From Desulfobacterales bacterium (lineage in GTDB: Bacteria; Desulfobacterota; Desulfobacteria; Desulfobacterales; UBA5852): DNA of 64,000 bases. Below, one piece after another: positions 40,311 to 49,194 of the stretch (position 1 is its first letter; the number at the start of each line of letters is the position of its first letter). The stretch lies in the NCBI GenBank assembly GCA_963674755.2, contig CAXXVS010000001.1, forward strand, positions 832,001-896,000. Reading direction: 5' to 3'. The notes under the pieces were generated by a model that saw only the letters and a program-made list of their open reading frames with translations, searched no databases and had not been told where the DNA came from. Made by a program: the position numbers and the translations under genes.

Positions 40311-40703
40311 CTATTGGTCGTTATTGCCCGAATAGCCGCTGCCCGGTGTCCCAGGAACGTCCTCCACGGGTTCGACCCTTTCCGAGATGAGGGTCAACAA
40401 ACGGATGATTTCGCGATTTTGCTCGATGATTTGATCGTATTTATCCGCCAGTTCCCCCTGACGCGACAGCATTTCCTGGTTTTGCTGATAAATAAGCCCC
40501 ATGGAGCGCGTCGTATAGAGCGCTCCCAAGGCCGCTTGGCGCGTGGGGTAATCGGTTCCCACCGAACTGTTGGGTGCGGGAACCAGGGCTTCATAATCAT
40601 TGTCCATGGACTGAATCAGCTCTTCCATGGGGTCGGCGAATACGTAAACCGCGGCTGATAGTACGGCTAAGACCATTATCAACATCATGCTTCGTTTCAT
40701 CAT
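40311..40703 (-). CDS. Hypothetical exported protein with C-terminal coiled coil, last gene of the T2SS operon
   Basis: Signal peptide (..AVYVFA), GGAG RBS, heptad-like QQNQEMLSRQ..IIEQNREII. Confidence 0.7.
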   Translation of the reverse strand: MMKRSMMLIMVLAVLSAAVYVFADPMEELIQSMDNDYEALVPAPNSSVGTDYPTRQAALGALYTTRSMGLIYQQNQEMLSRQGELADKYDQIIEQNREIIRLLTLISERVEPVEDVPGTPGSGYSGNNDQ

Positions 40704-40809
40704 AGCTCCCGAATGGTTAAATAGTGCTCATCCATAAATGGCATCTTTTGGCCCCGGCCCGCCGCCGGCGGACCGGGTCCCTGAATAGAGATAAGTCCAC
40801 CTTTTTTCA

Positions 40810-41301
40810 TCATTTCCCCGGCACATAGATAAATGTCCAGTCCTCATAGGTTTTAGCCGTTTCAAACCCCTTGTCTTCTTGGCTGAAATTCCCCACTTTT
40901 AAAGGCTCACCCTGGCTGGCGCTACGAACCCCTTTGATCCTTTTTGAGGCATCCAATACATAGACCCAATCGCCGTCGCGGGTCATGGGGTCGGGATACC
41001 ACTTGCGCAGGTACCGTTTGAGATTCGGATAGCGGGGATCCTTCAGCAGATCGCTGAATTGGCGTGGGTAGGTCTTGCTTTGCCCTCCGGGGGGATTGTT
41101 GTAGTAGGCGGCGATGGCGTTGCGGATCTGATCCCCGCGATAGAGGAGTTCGGCCTCGCGTTCCCGTTTGGCAGTGGTGCTCCAATAGCGCCCGGCGCCG
41201 AGGAGGGCGACGCTCATGACGGCGACCAGGATCAGCACCCCCAAATACGAAAACCCTGATCGGTTGCGCCAGAGGGCCAAGCTCGGCGTTGCACGGCGCA
41301 T
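40810..41301 (-). CDS. T2SS minor pseudopilin lacking Glu5 (GspK/PilX-like); start uncertain because the frame stays open to 42036/42210
   Basis: Prepilin site RNRSG|FSYLGVLILVAVM; REREAELLYRGDQIRNAI..YP..LLKDPR..RYLRKWYPDPMT. Confidence 0.85.
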   Translation of the reverse strand: MRRATPSLALWRNRSGFSYLGVLILVAVMSVALLGAGRYWSTTAKREREAELLYRGDQIRNAIAAYYNNPPGGQSKTYPRQFSDLLKDPRYPNLKRYLRKWYPDPMTRDGDWVYVLDASKRIKGVRSASQGEPLKVGNFSQEDKGFETAKTYEDWTFIYVPGK

Positions 41302-42036
41302 CTCGTCGCTGCGGCGTACTGATGTACGCCTCGTTCCTCGACGCTTGTGCGCCTTGATCTTGGCCCTCTGGCGCAACCGATCGGCGATATTTGAGAGTAG
41401 GAACTTGAAATTTTGGCCGCTGGTATTCTGCGCAATCATTTGAGAATATTCACTGCTCGGCGTTGCACGGCGCATCTCGTCGCTGCGGCGTACTGATGTA
41501 CGCCTCGTTCCTCGACGCTTGTGCGCCTTGATCTTGGCCCTCTGGCGCAACCGATCGGCGATATTTGAGAGTAGGAACTTGAAATTTTGGCCGCTGGTAT
41601 TCTGCGCAATCATTTGAGAATATTCACTGCTCGGCGTTGCACGGCGCATCTCGTCGCTGCGGCGTACTGATGTACGCCTCGTTTCTCGATCCTTGTGTGC
41701 CTTGATCTTGTCCCTCTGGCGCAACCGATCAGCCGTATTGATGAGCAGGAGCGTAAAACTGTGACCGTTTATATTCTGTGTAATCGCGGGCGTGTAATAA
41801 CAGCCCTGTGTTGCACGGTGCGCCTCGTCGTTGCGGTGTACTGATGTACGCCTCTCTTCTCGGGGCTTGCGCGCCTTGACCTTGGCCTTATGGCGAAACC
41901 ACTCTGCGGAGTTTGAGGGCAAGTGAACAACACTGCCCTGGCCTTGAGCGCATTGCACAATCGTTTGGTGGTACGGGTTAGCCGGCGTTGCACAGCGCAT
42001 CTCGTCGCTGCGGTTTATGGGTGTACGACGCCTCAT
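41258..42036. repeat. Tandem array of five copies of the family-B element, period 174 bp (last unit 177 bp)
   Basis: Unit starts at 41281, 41455, 41629, 41803 and ~41980; the first two units are identical and distal ones diverge; the first copy has perfect 24-bp arms (41258-41281 / 41359-41382). Confidence 0.95.
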
Positions 42037-42039
42037 GCT

Positions 42040-42345
42040 TTTATAGGCTATAGGTGGGTAGGCTGTTGGGGAAAGCGTTGCGTTCATTGAGTTTTTTGGG
42101 TTTGTTGAGTTGTTGCAAATTAGGAGGGCGGGGCACGTAGATGAAAGGCTGTAGGCTGTTAGCCTATTAGGCTGCAGGCTGTATGGGATAGACCTGGAAA
42201 TTATTGACATTTGGTTAACTTAAGTCTTCTTGGAATCGTCGCTAAATCCAAAGCACCAGTAAACACAACGAACCCAACAAACTCAATGAAACCAACAAAC
42301 CCAACAAACCAAATCCCCTCAACAAACTCGAATTTTCCTACAGCC
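42040..42345. repeat. Nested inverted micro-repeats (TAGGCTG and TTGAGTTTG units against AACTCAACA and CTACAGCC)
   Basis: G/T-rich left part complementary to the C/A-rich right part. Confidence 0.7.
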
Positions 42346-42375
42346 GAACGGGCTTCAGTCTATCCCCCTGTCTTT

Positions 42376-42750
42376 TTACCATTCATTGTAAGGGGTGCCT
42401 TCCAAACTCACCTTATGGCTGCCGCTGTGGACGTCATAGACATTGCCCTCGGCAAAGCCCTCCGGTGGGATGGTAATCCAGGTGTCGGAACTTCCGGTAA
42501 AAGGGTCTATCGGGATTTGGCGGATGTACTTGTCTGTTTCCAGGTCCTGGAGGCTGTCCGGGTAGCGGCCGTGGTCGGCGTAATACTGGTCAATGGTGTC
42601 CCGCAGGATGAAAAGGGTGCGGTGCAGGTTGGTTTCCTTGGCGCGGATCAGGGATCGTTGAAAACTGGGCATGGCTATGGTGGCCAGGATACTGATGATG
42701 GAGATGACGATCATCATCTCGATCAGGGTGTACCCTTGCCTGTCTCTCAT
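42376..42750 (-). CDS. T2SS pseudopilin (GspG-like)
   Basis: MRDRQG|YTLIEMMIVISII; IDQYYAD.G.YP..L, IPIDPFT, YDVHSGS, GTPYNEW. Confidence 0.92.
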   Translation of the reverse strand: MRDRQGYTLIEMMIVISIISILATIAMPSFQRSLIRAKETNLHRTLFILRDTIDQYYADHGRYPDSLQDLETDKYIRQIPIDPFTGSSDTWITIPPEGFAEGNVYDVHSGSHKVSLEGTPYNEW

Positions 42751-42807
42751 TGTTGTAACGCCGTACGTTTTGATTGTGTTAGTGTACATTTAAAGACTTT
42801 TTTATGG

Positions 42808-43051
42808 GACGCAGATGAACACAGATAGACACAGATGTTTGCTTATAAATACAAAAAAGATTTAACCATGAAGAACTTGAAGTTCATGAAGAAATCAATT
42901 TGTCTATGACAAATTGATTTGCTCAAGGAAAAATTCGTTTATAGCATTTCACCTCATGGGGCGAGATCTTTGGGTTTCGATATGTTTCTTCAAGTCCTTC
43001 ATGCTCTTCATTGTGGAAACGGGTTTGTTAAATCAGTGAAAATCCGTGTTC
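42808..43051. repeat. Three-layer nested hairpin of micro-repeat arms
   Basis: Outer ACACAGAT units / atcagtg..atccgtgttc; middle accatgaagaacttgaagttcatgaag / cttcaagtccttcatgctcttcattgt; inner aatcaatttgtc-tat-gacaaattgatt. Confidence 0.8.
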
Positions 43052-43070
43052 AGCAACTCTCTATTCACTT

Positions 43071-43559
43071 TCACCAATCCCGGTAATAGGTTCCGTCCAG
43101 CGCCTGCTCCTCGCTTTGGGAATAGACGTCGTAGACATCCTGCCCCCCCCAGATGTCGCTGCCCGGGCTGTCGACATAGGAGCGCAACCCCCATTCCCCA
43201 TCTTCAGTCATGGGATCCTTGGGGATCCGGCGCAGGAACTTGAGCTTGATGGGATCGGGATCGTTGCTGTCGACACCTTCCACCAGGATGTCCAAATTGG
43301 GTGGATAGCCGGTGCCGTCCACGGTAAGCGCAATGCGCCCGTCGTCCACCATTTTTTTGTATTGATCAATGGCGTCCCGAATGATCCGCAGATTCTGGCG
43401 CAGTTCGATTTCCTTGGTGCGTTTGTAGGTCATCACGGAAAGGGGCAGGATACCACTCACCAGAATGGTGAGAATCCCCATGGCGACGATCAGCTCGATC
43501 AAGGTAACGCCAGTTGCATTGCGGCCAGCGCCGCCGCCTATCAGCTGCCGAGGGCCCAT
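43071..43559 (-). CDS. T2SS pseudopilin (GspG-like)
   Basis: NATG|VTLIELIVAMGIL; KEIELRQNL..IRDAIDQY, FLRRIPKDPMT, DVYDVYS, DGTYYRDW. Confidence 0.92.
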   Translation of the reverse strand: MGPRQLIGGGAGRNATGVTLIELIVAMGILTILVSGILPLSVMTYKRTKEIELRQNLRIIRDAIDQYKKMVDDGRIALTVDGTGYPPNLDILVEGVDSNDPDPIKLKFLRRIPKDPMTEDGEWGLRSYVDSPGSDIWGGQDVYDVYSQSEEQALDGTYYRDW

Positions 43560-45847
43560 TGACGGTCCACCACATGGATATCGCGGGGAAATTCACGCCG
43601 GGCACGCAGCTGGTTGCAGATAGCGTCGGCGTGGGCCTCATCGCGGTAACTCCCGACGAAAATGCGATGAAAAAGGCCTTTTTGGGGAATCCGGGCGGGG
43701 ATCATAAAGCATTCATAATGCAGTGCCGTCAGCTGCCGGGCCCGTTTTTCCGCTTCCTGGCGGTCAAGGTAAGACCCCACATGAATACTGTAGCGCGCGT
43801 TGTCCGGCCAGGTGGTTCCAAAAACCGTTGCGGCCTGAGGTTTGCCGGCGGACAAGGCCTCCGGTGGCGGTTCAGACGGCAAGGCCGCCGCAGGCGCATC
43901 CTTGCTATCCGGCACTGCCTTGGACAGCGGCGGCGTTTCTGGAACTGCTTCGCTGGGTGGGGCTGCCTCGGGTTCGGGTGACGGCATGAATTCCTGGATG
44001 CCTTCCTCCGGCGTCTCACGGAATTGCGGCTCTTTATCGCTGCCGTAAGGTGCGTCCAGGGACCAGCGGTCCTCGCTGCCGGACCAGATTTCGGTGGCTT
44101 CCGTTCCGGGGATTTCCTGGCTGCGGATCACCACCGGGGTTATGACCATCAAAACGTCTGTTTTGGTCTCATCGTCGTTGTGGTTGGAGAATAGGCTGCC
44201 AATGGCCGGAAAATCGCCGACGCCCGGAATTTTGCGGACGGTCCGGCGTTCGTTATTGTTGATCAGGCCCCCGATAATGACCGTTTCGCCGTCACGCAGG
44301 GTGAGAACACTCTGGGCGGTGCGGGTGCGGATGGGGATCTGTGGGTTTAAAGGGTCGGGGCTGATGTTTTCGCCCAGGGCGCTGACTTCCAGCAGGAGCT
44401 TAAGGGTGACTTCGTCATTCATGTTGATGACGGGCATGGCTTCCATTTTAACACCCACATCGGTGTACTGGTAATCCTGCGTGGTATCCCCGGTATTGGA
44501 GTCGATCCGCCGGTTGACGATCAGCGGTACGCGCTCGCCCAACAGGATCGAGGCCTTTTCGGCGTTAACCACCCGTAGCTTCGGTTTGGCCAGAATCCGG
44601 GTGTCGCCATCCTGTTTCAGCAGGTTGAGGGTTGCCGAAGGCGTCGAGAGAATAATATCCTTGTCGGAGATCCGCTGGAGGGAATACAGGGAAATGTCGT
44701 TGACAAAGACGGTATCTTCACTCACCGCGTCTCCGGGAGCACCGATACCGAAGGTCAGACTCTCCGAAAACGTCAGGCCGATGTTTTCCTGCAGGGAGCG
44801 GGTGACTTCCAGGAATTCCACATCCAGTAATACCTCGGCCGGGGTGCCGTCGTTGGCCTGCAGGATCCGGCCGGCAATCTCGATCACCTCCCGGCTGCCA
44901 CGGATCACCACGGCGTTGATATTTTCGTTGGCAATGATGTCTTTGCTTTTGAGAATCTTGGAGAGCAATCCCACGGCCTGTTTGGCTTCGAGATTGGACA
45001 GATAAAAAGTTTTGATCTGCAGATCCTCGTATTCCTTGGCTTTCTGGGGCGTGTCCGGATAGATGATCATGGTTTTTTCGTTGACCAGGACCGCATTCAG
45101 GTCATTGGAGCGCAGCAGGACATCGATAAAACGGTCGAAGGACACGTCCGTCATGAACATGGTCACTTTATTGTTCTGGACCTCCTTGTCGAAAATGAAG
45201 TTGATGCCCGACAATTTGGTGAGGACTTCGAACACGTTGATGATGGGGGTGTTTTTAAACTTGAAGGATACCGGTGCTTCCGACTGGCCGTTGAGCTTAT
45301 AGGTACCGCTGTCGAGGTCTTTCTTGCGGTAGTAACTGAGAGCTTTTTGGGCGGGGGCATAGTTCGGGTCGAGCCGGGCGGCTTTCTCGAAGGCCCGGCG
45401 GGCCGGACCGAATTTTTGCGTCTTGAGGTAGTTTTGCCCCTGCTTGAAATAGTGGCGGGCATCCATGAGACGCCGGGCCTTTTCTTCCAACTCGGCGGCC
45501 TTTATATTGGCCGGATTCATGGCCATGCTGATGCGGAACTCGTTGATGGCTTCGTTGAACAATTCCTGTGACAGGTAGGATTCGCCTTTGAGCTGGTGCA
45601 TGCGGGAGGCTTCGAATTTCGAGCGGGCCAGCATCAAATTGATTTCCGTATTTTCCGGATCTTCTTCATGGGCTTTCTGAAAAAACCGCACGCTGTTGTC
45701 CCATTCACCGGCGTTGGCATACTTATGGCCCTGATTTAAATATTTATAGGTATCGGTCGCACAGCCGCCGGCAAGCATCAGCGTCAGGGCAAGACCGATG
45801 AATGCCGCCAGGCGATATGGATAGGTTCGGTACATTGGTTTCAGCAT
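43541..45847 (-). CDS. gspD: Lipoprotein secretin (GspD) with N-terminal TPRs and C-terminal SPOR domain
   Basis: Lipobox LAGGC; TPR helices; secretin motifs ILAKPKLRV, YTDVGVK, LRDGETVIIGGLI, KIPGVGDFP.IG.LF, ITPVVIR; SPOR YSIHVGSY..HRIFVGSY. Start moved from 46156 to 45847. Confidence 0.9.
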   Translation of the reverse strand: MLKPMYRTYPYRLAAFIGLALTLMLAGGCATDTYKYLNQGHKYANAGEWDNSVRFFQKAHEEDPENTEINLMLARSKFEASRMHQLKGESYLSQELFNEAINEFRISMAMNPANIKAAELEEKARRLMDARHYFKQGQNYLKTQKFGPARRAFEKAARLDPNYAPAQKALSYYRKKDLDSGTYKLNGQSEAPVSFKFKNTPIINVFEVLTKLSGINFIFDKEVQNNKVTMFMTDVSFDRFIDVLLRSNDLNAVLVNEKTMIIYPDTPQKAKEYEDLQIKTFYLSNLEAKQAVGLLSKILKSKDIIANENINAVVIRGSREVIEIAGRILQANDGTPAEVLLDVEFLEVTRSLQENIGLTFSESLTFGIGAPGDAVSEDTVFVNDISLYSLQRISDKDIILSTPSATLNLLKQDGDTRILAKPKLRVVNAEKASILLGERVPLIVNRRIDSNTGDTTQDYQYTDVGVKMEAMPVINMNDEVTLKLLLEVSALGENISPDPLNPQIPIRTRTAQSVLTLRDGETVIIGGLINNNERRTVRKIPGVGDFPAIGSLFSNHNDDETKTDVLMVITPVVIRSQEIPGTEATEIWSGSEDRWSLDAPYGSDKEPQFRETPEEGIQEFMPSPEPEAAPPSEAVPETPPLSKAVPDSKDAPAAALPSEPPPEALSAGKPQAATVFGTTWPDNARYSIHVGSYLDRQEAEKRARQLTALHYECFMIPARIPQKGLFHRIFVGSYRDEAHADAICNQLRARREFPRDIHVVDRQWALGS

Positions 45848-46161
45848 GGCTGATTTCCCATAGGGGGCTTCATCATAAAGCCGATATTTTTTTGCCAGGC
45901 TCAGGGCCGGTCCTTTTGTAAAAACCATAATGATTTCTATAGCATGAAAAATAATGGAATTCCAGACACCCCTTGCCCGGCTGCGCGCCGGCGCCTCAGG
46001 TCGAAATGCGGCCTTGGCCGCCCGCGCGGCATTGCGCATCTGCTCCGGTGGGCTGAGGTGGGCCACCCCCTCTCGCGAAATAGCGCCTCCCCTGTGGTTG
46101 CAGTGGGTTGCGCATCGGGCGGGAAGCGTTGCCCCACGGCCCGTTAGGTTTGCCACGGCCG

Positions 46162-46695
46162 CTACGACTCGTCGAAATCGATTGTCAGGGGTTTTGACAG
46201 TCCCTTGGCCGTTATGGTGATCGATTTATCGGTCAGGTCCGTTATGGTATATTTACCATCGATCCGGTCGCCCCGGGTAACGACCAGGACCTGTTTGCCC
46301 CTTTCCAAAAAAAGGTAGATGTCATCCCCATACCGGTAAGAACCAAAAGTCTTGAAGCGGCGAAGCTGGTCCTGAATGATGTCGCGTTCCGTTTTGGGCG
46401 GCGGCTGGGGAGCGGATGCCCGGGGTTTAATCGCTTTTTCAGGGGAGGCCGCTGCCTTCGGTGGCTGAAATAAATCGCGCTGAATCGTGATGTTGTACTT
46501 GGGGGGCGACTCCAAAAGAGCGAGGTGAAGCTCCGTTCCGGAAGCGCTTGCCGACGGGGGCGGCGTTACCCTGGTGGCACGGGCATATGGCAAGCGGCCG
46601 ACGGTCGCCTGCTCGAAGGGGTTCGTCAGACGGTAGGCCAGGGCAAGCGCCAGCGCCACCAGAAGGCCCATTAATATTTTTTGTTTGCGCGGCAT
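46162..46695 (-). CDS. T2SS assembly-platform protein (PilP/GspC-like position)
   Basis: N-terminal TM, RDLF motif, Pro-rich linker, beta domain VTRGDRIDGKYTI; lies between pilO and the secretin. Confidence 0.65.
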   Translation of the reverse strand: MPRKQKILMGLLVALALALAYRLTNPFEQATVGRLPYARATRVTPPPSASASGTELHLALLESPPKYNITIQRDLFQPPKAAASPEKAIKPRASAPQPPPKTERDIIQDQLRRFKTFGSYRYGDDIYLFLERGKQVLVVTRGDRIDGKYTITDLTDKSITITAKGLSKPLTIDFDES

Positions 46696-46823
46696 CTATC
46701 TCGTCAGCGTCTCTTCTTAGGTTTGAATTTTACGGGGGCCCCAATCGCAGGGCCTTGACTGAAATCAAAATCTACCCGTTCTGGACGCACACAAGTTAAC
46801 GCATGTCCGTCCCCCTCAAGCAT

Positions 46824-47390
46824 CTATGGCTTAGGCGGCTTTTGCTCGTCGCGGAAATAAGCCGAGAGTTCCAATTCCATTTCCAGGGGTTTGCCGCCCT
46901 TTGGCTGCCTTATTTCCAGCCGTTGAATACAAAGCAAACCGGGCATCGCTTGCAAGTCACCGATGAACCGTTTGAAATCACCGTATTCTCCCGCGATCCG
47001 TAATGTGGTGGTAAATCGGACCAGATTTTGTTCTTTATCCGGATCCGCCCGAAAGGACAGATCTTCAGCGCTGAGTCGGTAGCGGTTGAGCATTTGTTTT
47101 AGCTGCTGAATGCGTTCGGGAAACGCGAATTTTTCGGGAAGAAAGCTCTCGAACGCCGTCCAGGCCTTCTGCATGGATTGAAATTCCCGGATGGCGGCCT
47201 GCTGTTTGCGCAACGCCATAACTTCTTTGCGTTTCGCCTGGAAGCGATTTTGAAGCAGCGTGGTCTGGCTGGATCCGGAAGCAATGAAAACGGCATAGAA
47301 AAGGATATTGACCAACAGTAAGACGCTGCAAACGATCCAGAAAGTGCGGTAGGATCTGATGATATCAAAAAGGCGACCGCGCGGTTTCAT
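46824..47390 (-). CDS. pilO: PilO/GspM-like protein
   Basis: N-terminal TM, coiled coil, GEYGDFKRFIGDL..I..LEI..LELSAYF. Confidence 0.8.
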   Translation of the reverse strand: MKPRGRLFDIIRSYRTFWIVCSVLLLVNILFYAVFIASGSSQTTLLQNRFQAKRKEVMALRKQQAAIREFQSMQKAWTAFESFLPEKFAFPERIQQLKQMLNRYRLSAEDLSFRADPDKEQNLVRFTTTLRIAGEYGDFKRFIGDLQAMPGLLCIQRLEIRQPKGGKPLEMELELSAYFRDEQKPPKP

Positions 47391-48049
47391 GGTTTGCCCC
47401 TTCGAACCTTCCCGGCGTTAACATCGGCCAGTGTCATCCAGAGTCCACCGTATTGTTTTTCCGGAAAGAGGGCCTCCAGGTTAAGCCTGCAGGTCATTTC
47501 AAAATGCATCCCGCTGCTGGCCCCGGCGCCCTTGGCCGCCGATGATTCAGGGCCAAAGTCCATGTTCTCGATGACCACCGATTGAAACAAGTTTGATTTT
47601 CCCAAAGCTTCCTGAAACCGTGTGATGGGTTCGACGGACGGCATGCGGCCGTTGATGCGGAAGGTTTTCAAGTCCTGGGAGGGGAGAAAGCGATCCAGGA
47701 CCACCTGGGGCGGGATCGCCTTTTCCAGTTCGTCCATGATGGTGATCCACGGAAAAATATCCAGCGCAATCAGATAATTGGCGTTCCGGATGCGATTTTG
47801 AAGTTCGCCCGCGGCCGCGGCATCAAACGTGGCGACGATTTCATCCTGTTTGACCAAGGCCTTGGCCTGTTGCTGCAAGTCGCCAATTTTAGCCTGGTAA
47901 TCCGACCGCTCGTTAAACGCCTGAAAGCCGTTTACCGCGTTAACCAGTGTAAAAATGGCCAAAAACAGGACGACACCGCCCAGGACCCCAAAAACAATGC
48001 GGCGATCCACGTGGTCGTGGGTGGTCAGGTTGATCTGGCTAAATTCCAT
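47387..48049 (-). CDS. pilN: PilN/GspL-like protein
   Basis: INL N-terminal motif, TM, coiled coil, FPWITIMDELEKAIPPQV, F..AL.KS.LF..V. Confidence 0.8.
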   Translation of the reverse strand: MEFSQINLTTHDHVDRRIVFGVLGGVVLFLAIFTLVNAVNGFQAFNERSDYQAKIGDLQQQAKALVKQDEIVATFDAAAAGELQNRIRNANYLIALDIFPWITIMDELEKAIPPQVVLDRFLPSQDLKTFRINGRMPSVEPITRFQEALGKSNLFQSVVIENMDFGPESSAAKGAGASSGMHFEMTCRLNLEALFPEKQYGGLWMTLADVNAGKVRRGKP

Positions 48050-48059
48050 GTTTATCCTG

Positions 48060-48203
48060 AAGGCGGCTTCGAAAAATGTCCAACCCACCCAAGGCGGGTA
48101 AATATCTGCGTTGCGCGGCTCTCTGCGTCACTGCGGCGTATTGGATATACGCCTCGTTCCTCGAATTTTGCGCGCCTTGATCTTGAATAGTTTACAAAGC
48201 CTT
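48060..48203. repeat. Hairpin element, core family B
   Basis: tctgcgttgcgc..ctgcggcgtattggatatacgcctcgttcctcg..gcgcgccttgatctt; arms partly degenerate. Confidence 0.8.
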
Positions 48204-48258
48204 AACCCTTATCTAAAGCAAGCTACTTTATTATAGAAATTCATCGCCAGATGAATTT

Positions 48259-49194
48259 CTATTTGGCCAAACTCTGCGCAGCCCCGATGGCCGAGGCAAA
48301 AGACGACAGCTTCAACCGCTCCAGGGGCTGCGTCAAATCAAAATCGGACCCGATCAGCTCGCCTTCGTCCAGTATGTCGAGCCTGATGTCGATCAGGTTG
48401 CTCAGGACCTCCTTGAGCTCGGCATGATAGCCGACCTGGCTGCCGACGCACAATCGCGCGATGCGTTTGCCCGGGTTGGATTCCAGGTAATGCTGCATGG
48501 TCAGATCCACATCCTGAAAGAATTGTAAATCGGAAAAGCCCCGTTTGACGCCGTGAAAAAACGTCAGCCGGGCGCTTTCAAACACCAGGAAACAAAAATA
48601 GTTGTCGAAAAGCCCCAGAAAGGCGTGGTTCTCCTGGGGGGGGAGGCTGGGGGCGAAAAAGTTGTACAGATTGATGCCGGCCGGCCGCACAATGCGCGTG
48701 TCGATATTCAAACGGGCCAGAAGGTCTTCATACTGCCGGATCACATCGCGCATGGCCAGCGTAACTAAGAGATGCGTCGCACCGGAGGCATCGCTGCCAA
48801 TAACCTGATAGGAAATCTTGGTGTTTTCGATGGGGAAATGAAACGATTTCTCAAGACTCCAGGAGATCAATTTTTCGATTTCCGCTTTTGAATCCGGCAG
48901 CCTCGGATATCCGCGCAGGAGCATGCGCACGATTTCACTGGGCAGGGACAGGCTGATCGAGCGGGGCGCGTCATCGAATTCGGTCATCAGCCGTTGGACG
49001 GCTTCCGCAAAGAGTTCCGGTGCAACGACGTTTGGGCTTTTGAAAGAAGGTTTGATGGTCCCCTCGGGCAGCGGGATGCTGGCACTCTTGACCAGGCGCA
49101 TGGTCCGGCCGGATCGTTCCACCAGGGCCACCCGAATAGCGCCGGGCGCGATTTCCATGCCGGTAAAGCGCCGATTGAGGGAAAACATCATCAA
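48259..49194 (-). CDS. pilM: PilM-like actin-fold assembly protein
   Basis: TGMEI..GAIRV, ISLSLPS, EIEKLISW, VIRQYEDLL, SAIGAA; gene order gspE-pilM-pilN-pilO. Confidence 0.8.
   Translation of the reverse strand: MMMFSLNRRFTGMEIAPGAIRVALVERSGRTMRLVKSASIPLPEGTIKPSFKSPNVVAPELFAEAVQRLMTEFDDAPRSISLSLPSEIVRMLLRGYPRLPDSKAEIEKLISWSLEKSFHFPIENTKISYQVIGSDASGATHLLVTLAMRDVIRQYEDLLARLNIDTRIVRPAGINLYNFFAPSLPPQENHAFLGLFDNYFCFLVFESARLTFFHGVKRGFSDLQFFQDVDLTMQHYLESNPGKRIARLCVGSQVGYHAELKEVLSNLIDIRLDILDEGELIGSDFDLTQPLERLKLSSFASAIGAAQSLAK

Noticed and set aside
41258..42036. CRISPR array interpretation of the 174-bp repeats
   Set aside because: The repeat (~100 bp) is far too long, the linkers are identical or homologous rather than unique, and there are no cas genes in the window
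42037..42210. N-terminal 58 codons of the 466-aa ORF
   Set aside because: Translation of TAGGCTG and 9-mer micro-repeats; low complexity, no convincing start
45848..46156. 103-aa N-terminal extension of the secretin ORF
   Set aside because: It precedes a normal lipoprotein signal peptide and crosses GC-rich intergenic DNA
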